From Candidatus Lindowbacteria bacterium RIFCSPLOWO2_12_FULL_62_27 (lineage in GTDB: Bacteria; Lindowbacteria; 2-12-FULL-62-27), in contig MFPR01000028.1 in NCBI GenBank assembly GCA_001784175.1, forward strand, positions 225,955-263,613: DNA of 37,659 bases, written 5' to 3'. This document shows, one piece after another, positions 34,701 through 37,659 of the stretch. Under the pieces are notes generated by a model. That model was not told the origin of the DNA. It did no database searches and saw nothing but the letters and a program-made list of their open reading frames with translations. Positions within the stretch are counted from its first letter, which is position 1. Every line of letters begins with the position of its first letter. Made by a program: the position numbers and the translations under genes.

Positions 34701-37659
34701 GTCTTTCGGGTACAGCGGCGCGAAAGTCTATCGGCTGACCAACACGGCCGACACGAACAACTGGGCCAACTCCGCGAACCTCGTGTGGACGGCGTCGTCG
34801 TCGGCGACATCGTGGAACGACACGACGGTGACGTCCGGGAGCACGTACTATTACCGTCTCTCGTCGTTTGACACGGCGACGTATGTCAACCACTCGGCGC
34901 TGACCGACACCAAATCCGCGACGGCGACTGGCGGGTCGTCGAAGTGGTACGTGAACGACACCGCCACGTCGGCCGACTCCTTCACCTACGCCGGCGGCGC
35001 GGACACGGCATGGGCTGACGGGTCGGCGTCGAAACCGTACCGGTCGGTCCGCAAGGCGTTGCAGTCGGCGAAGGCGGGCGACACGATCTACGTCGACGCC
35101 GGCCTTTTCGGCGACACCGGCTACGACACGTTCGCCGGGTACACGGAAACCGCCGTGATCAAAATCGACACGGACCTCATCACGATCATCGGCAAGGATT
35201 CCGGCTCGACCATTCTCGACCCGCCCGGCGTGTCGACGCTGGCCGGATCGTACGGCGTCTATGCGGACACGCAGTACGGGCTTGTGATCAAGAACGTCGG
35301 CATCACCGGCGCCTACGAAGGCGTCCATTTCGAGAATGTCGACTCGTCGGTCCTGTCGGGCGACAGCGTCGCCTTCGCCGCCAATTACGGCGTGTATTTG
35401 CTGGGCAACTGCGAGACCAACACGATCACGAACAGCGTCTTCAACAGCACCACAAGCTTGTCCGGCATGTATCTCTACAACGGCTCGCTCCGCAATTTTC
35501 TTTCGAACAACATCGTCAACGGCAATGGCCAGGTCGGCATCTATCTCAACACCTCGGCCGAAACCAACACGATCACCGGCAACACCGTGAATGCCAATGC
35601 CATCTACGGCATCTATCTCATCAACGACTGCAATTTTAACACGATTTTTGGAAACGCCGTCGGGGCCAACACGCAGCTCGGGATCTACCTGAACGGGCGG
35701 GCCAACAACAACCTTGTTTCAGGCAACAGCGTCGACACCAACAACGCCGCCAACACGACCGGGATCGACGACCGCGGCGGCATCGTGATCGACCAGAGCC
35801 GGCTGAACCTCGTGACGGGCAACGCGGTCCGCGCCAACGGCAATCACGGCATTTACGTGACCGACAACAGCGAAAGCAACCTGGTCCGAAACAATTTGGT
35901 GAAGGACAACCTCCAGTACGGCGTCGGTGTCAGCAACTCGCGCTGGAATGTGATCGAGCAGAACCAGCTCGACTCGAACGCCATTTACCAAGTTTACCTC
36001 ACCAACGCCGCCAACGCCGACACGTTCTCGAAAAACAATTTCCGGATGTCGCCCTCGAATCCCGACAGCGCCGTCTTCAACAACGTGTCGGGCCAACTGT
36101 TCGTCTTCACCCGCAACTGGTGGGACACGACGGACGAAGTGACGATGCGCAAGCGCGCCTCGAGCGTCGAGGGCGGCGACTCGATTGTGTTCAGTCCCTA
36201 CCGTCTCGGCCTCGCGGACACGACGGCTGACGCCGACACGACGGCGCCTCTGCCGCCGGTCGGCGTCGCGCTGACGCCGGACACGGTCGGCCAGATCAAA
36301 GTCTCGTGGACGATCCCGACGGTGAATGAGGAAACGAACGGGGGGACGGTCGACTATGGGGGGGCGTACATCTATAGGACGAATATGCCGGATACGACCG
36401 ATTGGGCAAACCCGGCCAACCTCGTCTGGATCGCCGGGTCGTCTGATTCGTCCTGGACCGACACGACGACGCTGGCCGGCAACGTCTATTATTACCGGCT
36501 GACATCGATCGACACGCGGACGATCGTCAACCAGTCATTTTTCAGCGACACCGTCTACGCGCGGGCGACGCGGTCCGTATGGTACGTGAACGACACGTAC
36601 TCGTCGTCGACGGACTCGTTCACGTACGCGGCGGGTTCCGACACCGGTTCCGCCGCCGGCTCGCCCTCTAAGCCGTACCGGAGCGTCGCGAAGGTGATGC
36701 AGTTCGCGAAGTCGTACGATACGATTTATGTGGATGCGGGGTTGTATGCGGACACGTACGTGAACGCGACGGGCTCGACGGATACAGCGGCATTTAGAAT
36801 AGATACTAATTACATCACGATCATCGGCAAAGACTCAAATTCAACGGTGTTTGACGCGCCGGGGGACAGCAAACTCACCACATTGTACGGCATTTATGCG
36901 TCTGGTAAAGCGGGCTTGGTTATTCAAGGCATTGGCGTCAGGGGCGCGTACTATGGCCTGTATTTTAATGATGTCGATTCTTCAAAAATTATATCGGATA
37001 GCGTGTGCGACAATTATCTGACTGGCATTTACATGACCAATGCGGATTCGAATGTTATTCAATACTCTGTCGCGGGTTCAAATAATGGCGAGACGCAACC
37101 CGCACATTTATTAACAAGTTTGTCTGCTTCAGGTATATATGTCTCTGGCAATAACAATTTAGTTACGAATACCGTCAGCGAATCAAATGTTTTTGGCATT
37201 CGTTTTCGCAACACCTCAAACACGTTAAGCAATAGTTCGATTCGATCCAATTCGCAATACGGTGTTTATCTTGATGGCGCTAGTGCGTCGAGAATTGAAA
37301 ATAATGTAGTCGCCAACAATTTGACGGGTGTTCAAGTGGGTATCACCAGCTCAAACAACCTTGTGGTGAGCAATATCGTAACTAATAACGATTCGGGTGG
37401 AGTCGCCATCTCTGTATATTCGAATACTAATATGATCAGCTATAATGACGTTTCCTCGAATGATTCTTATGGAGTGTATATATCGTCAAGTAGTTACAAC
37501 GTCGTGTCAAGCAATAGTATCGATTCAAACTTGGGATATCAGATTTACGTGACCCATGGCGTTTACTTCGACGGTTCGCCGGGAACGAGTCCTGATTCAA
37601 ATATTATTTTTAAGAACAATATAAATGCTTCAAACACATTTCCTGAAAGCGGTGTCTTC
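31792..37659 (+). CDS. Giant secreted tandem-module protein: repeated [parallel beta-helix (NosD/CASH-like) + FN3-like] units; 3'-partial
   Basis: Frame 1 is open from ATG 31792 (after AAGGGG) to the window end (1956 codons; unit 1 translated fully, the rest spot-checked). Signal peptide LALIMLFLVLPAASFEASA. Each unit has WYVND, P(F/Y)R(T/S), DT.YVDAG and Asn-rich coils; complete units also have RNWW, DTTAPLPP and YY.RL. Alternative starts TTG 31909 and ATG 31921. Confidence 0.88.
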   Translation, partial: MLGTRGGGGGGRESRLSGAGGAYVRAAARHRPNNSITQYLALIMLFLVLPAASFEASAAVWYVNDTSTTGDSYTYAAGSDTQGGTTTLPFRTLKQAIDSASAGDTLYVDAGIYDSYVYITSTETAAVHITKDSIAIIGKDSASTIIDPAGENTITTMYGIYADTQVNLTIKNLAVTGAQHGVYFVNVDASTLTGDSVSSNGAAGIKLDAGSDSNTISNSLLYANGFAGANVVSSAGNTLTNNLIQGNTAMGVMMDLCPSGTVSNNTVTSNPQGLEASACTGIIFTGNMVTANLGDGLTVFSSANCLVTNNVFRNNSPGISLFGAAGNVFVQNTLDSNANYQISISGTSSSDTFIKNNITPSSSNPDSAITNSSSVTTNKFTMTRNWWGTTDEVTIRKRLFHDGGGDSVTFSPYRLAVVDTSAVADTTAPLPPIGVTCTAATGYITVTWAIPTVDEETNGGSFAYAGAKIYRLTNTADTNNWANSANLVWTASSTATSWNDTTVSSGSTYYYRLSSFDAATFVNHSALSDTKSASASGATAWYVNDTYSSSTDSFTYSAGSDTGGSGTAASPYRSAARALQSARSGDTIYVDAGVYADTYVHVSSTETAAFKIDTDNLTIIGAGSEKSVIDPPGANDITTMYGIYADTQSGLKIQNLGVRGAYVGIKFVNVDTSTLIGDSVSSNGQQGVYLLNSCDSITILDDTVSFNASSGLLIESSRKNHVGGSVVSANSFHGIYLNASTGNTLRGNTANSNAVMGMMVELGSTDNLVESNTLNSNAVLGLELSQGADNNQVVGNTMKANLTSGITVNASSWNTFVGNVVASNLTAGIELSSCTANVFAQNTLDSNGNYQISIFGTSSSDTFFKNNIAPSSSFPDSAVTNSSTITTNNFTMTRNWWGTTDEVTIRKRLFHDGGGDSVVFSPYRFGPADTAAGADTTAPLPPIGVTCTAATGYITVTWAIPTVDEETNGGSFGYSGAKVYRLTNTADTNNWANSANLVWTASSSATSWNDTTVTSGSTYYYRLSSFDTATYVNHSALTDTKSATATGGSSKWYVNDTATSADSFTYAGGADTAWADGSASKPYRSVRKALQSAKAGDTIYVDAGLFGDTGYDTFAGYTETAVIKIDTDLITIIGKDSGSTILDPPGVSTLAGSYGVYADTQYGLVIKNVGITGAYEGVHFENVDSSVLSGDSVAFAANYGVYLLGNCETNTITNSVFNSTTSLSGMYLYNGSLRNFLSNNIVNGNGQVGIYLNTSAETNTITGNTVNANAIYGIYLINDCNFNTIFGNAVGANTQLGIYLNGRANNNLVSGNSVDTNNAANTTGIDDRGGIVIDQSRLNLVTGNAVRANGNHGIYVTDNSESNLVRNNLVKDNLQYGVGVSNSRWNVIEQNQLDSNAIYQVYLTNAANADTFSKNNFRMSPSNPDSAVFNNVSGQLFVFTRNWWDTTDEVTMRKRASSVEGGDSIVFSPYRLGLADTTADADTTAPLPPVGVALTPDTVGQIKVSWTIPTVNEETNGGTVDYGGAYIYRTNMPDTTDWANPANLVWIAGSSDSSWTDTTTLAGNVYYYRLTSIDTRTIVNQSFFSDTVYARATRSVWYVNDTYSSSTDSFTYAAGSDTGSAAGSPSKPYRSVAKVMQFAKSYDTIYVDAGLYADTYVNATGSTDTAAFRIDTNYITIIGKDSNSTVFDAPGDSKLTTLYGIYASGKAGLVIQGIGVRGAYYGLYFNDVDSSKIISDSVCDNYLTGIYMTNADSNVIQYSVAGSNNGETQPAHLLTSLSASGIYVSGNNNLVTNTVSESNVFGIRFRNTSNTLSNSSIRSNSQYGVYLDGASASRIENNVVANNLTGVQVGITSSNNLVVSNIVTNNDSGGVAISVYSNTNMISYNDVSSNDSYGVYISSSSYNVVSSNSIDSNLGYQIYVTHGVYFDGSPGTSPDSNIIFKNNINASNTFPESGVF
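31972..37659 (+). repeat. Four intragenic tandem modules
   Basis: WYVND starts at 31972, 33412, 34945 and 36580 (480, 511 and 545 aa, plus a partial unit). 32931-33390 and 34461-34920 are highly similar at DNA level. Confidence 0.9.

Noticed and set aside
32931-34920. Similar segments in modules 1 and 2 as a DGR template/variable repeat pair
   Set aside because: Differences are largely synonymous and involve all bases rather than being adenine-specific. Both copies are coding and no reverse transcriptase is in the window.
1-37659. CRISPR array, rRNA, transposase or prophage genes
   Set aside because: No regularly spaced repeat-spacer pattern and no corresponding motifs were seen.

Overview
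High-GC chromosomal window from a diderm bacterium (BamA, LolC/E-type permease, LpoB and ExbBD-TonB present) that also carries mcsA-mcsB-clpC; it may be a PVC-related or candidate-phylum organism, but that is inference. Gene order: 3' end of sdhA, sdhB, single-domain response regulator, LolC/E-type permease, folE2, nadC, comM/yifB, a divergent secreted GH15-like hydrolase, a radical SAM gene (minus strand), tRNA-Gly(GCC), tRNA-Ala(GGC), two lipoproteins, a small membrane protein and a miaE-like stub. Then a tightly coupled run ilvE-mcsA-mcsB-clpC-giant TPR-small anchored protein-exbB-exbD-tonB-bamA, a GxxExxY nuclease gene inside two nested pairs of inverted repeats, a nucleotidyltransferase and fumC. 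After that come a toxin-antitoxin islet (RHH+Doc; small ORF plus a nucleotidyltransferase with an antitoxin-like tail) and a >1950-aa secreted beta-helix/FN3 tandem-module protein. The last gene is missing from the supplied ORF track and runs off the window. Best leads: the nested inverted-repeat GxxExxY cassette, the receptor-less TPR-ExbBD-TonB-BamA cluster, the nucleotidyltransferase/Doc-antitoxin chimera, and the D-S/T-rich modular surface protein with an AT-rich fourth module. All family assignments come from motif recognition by eye, not database searches.
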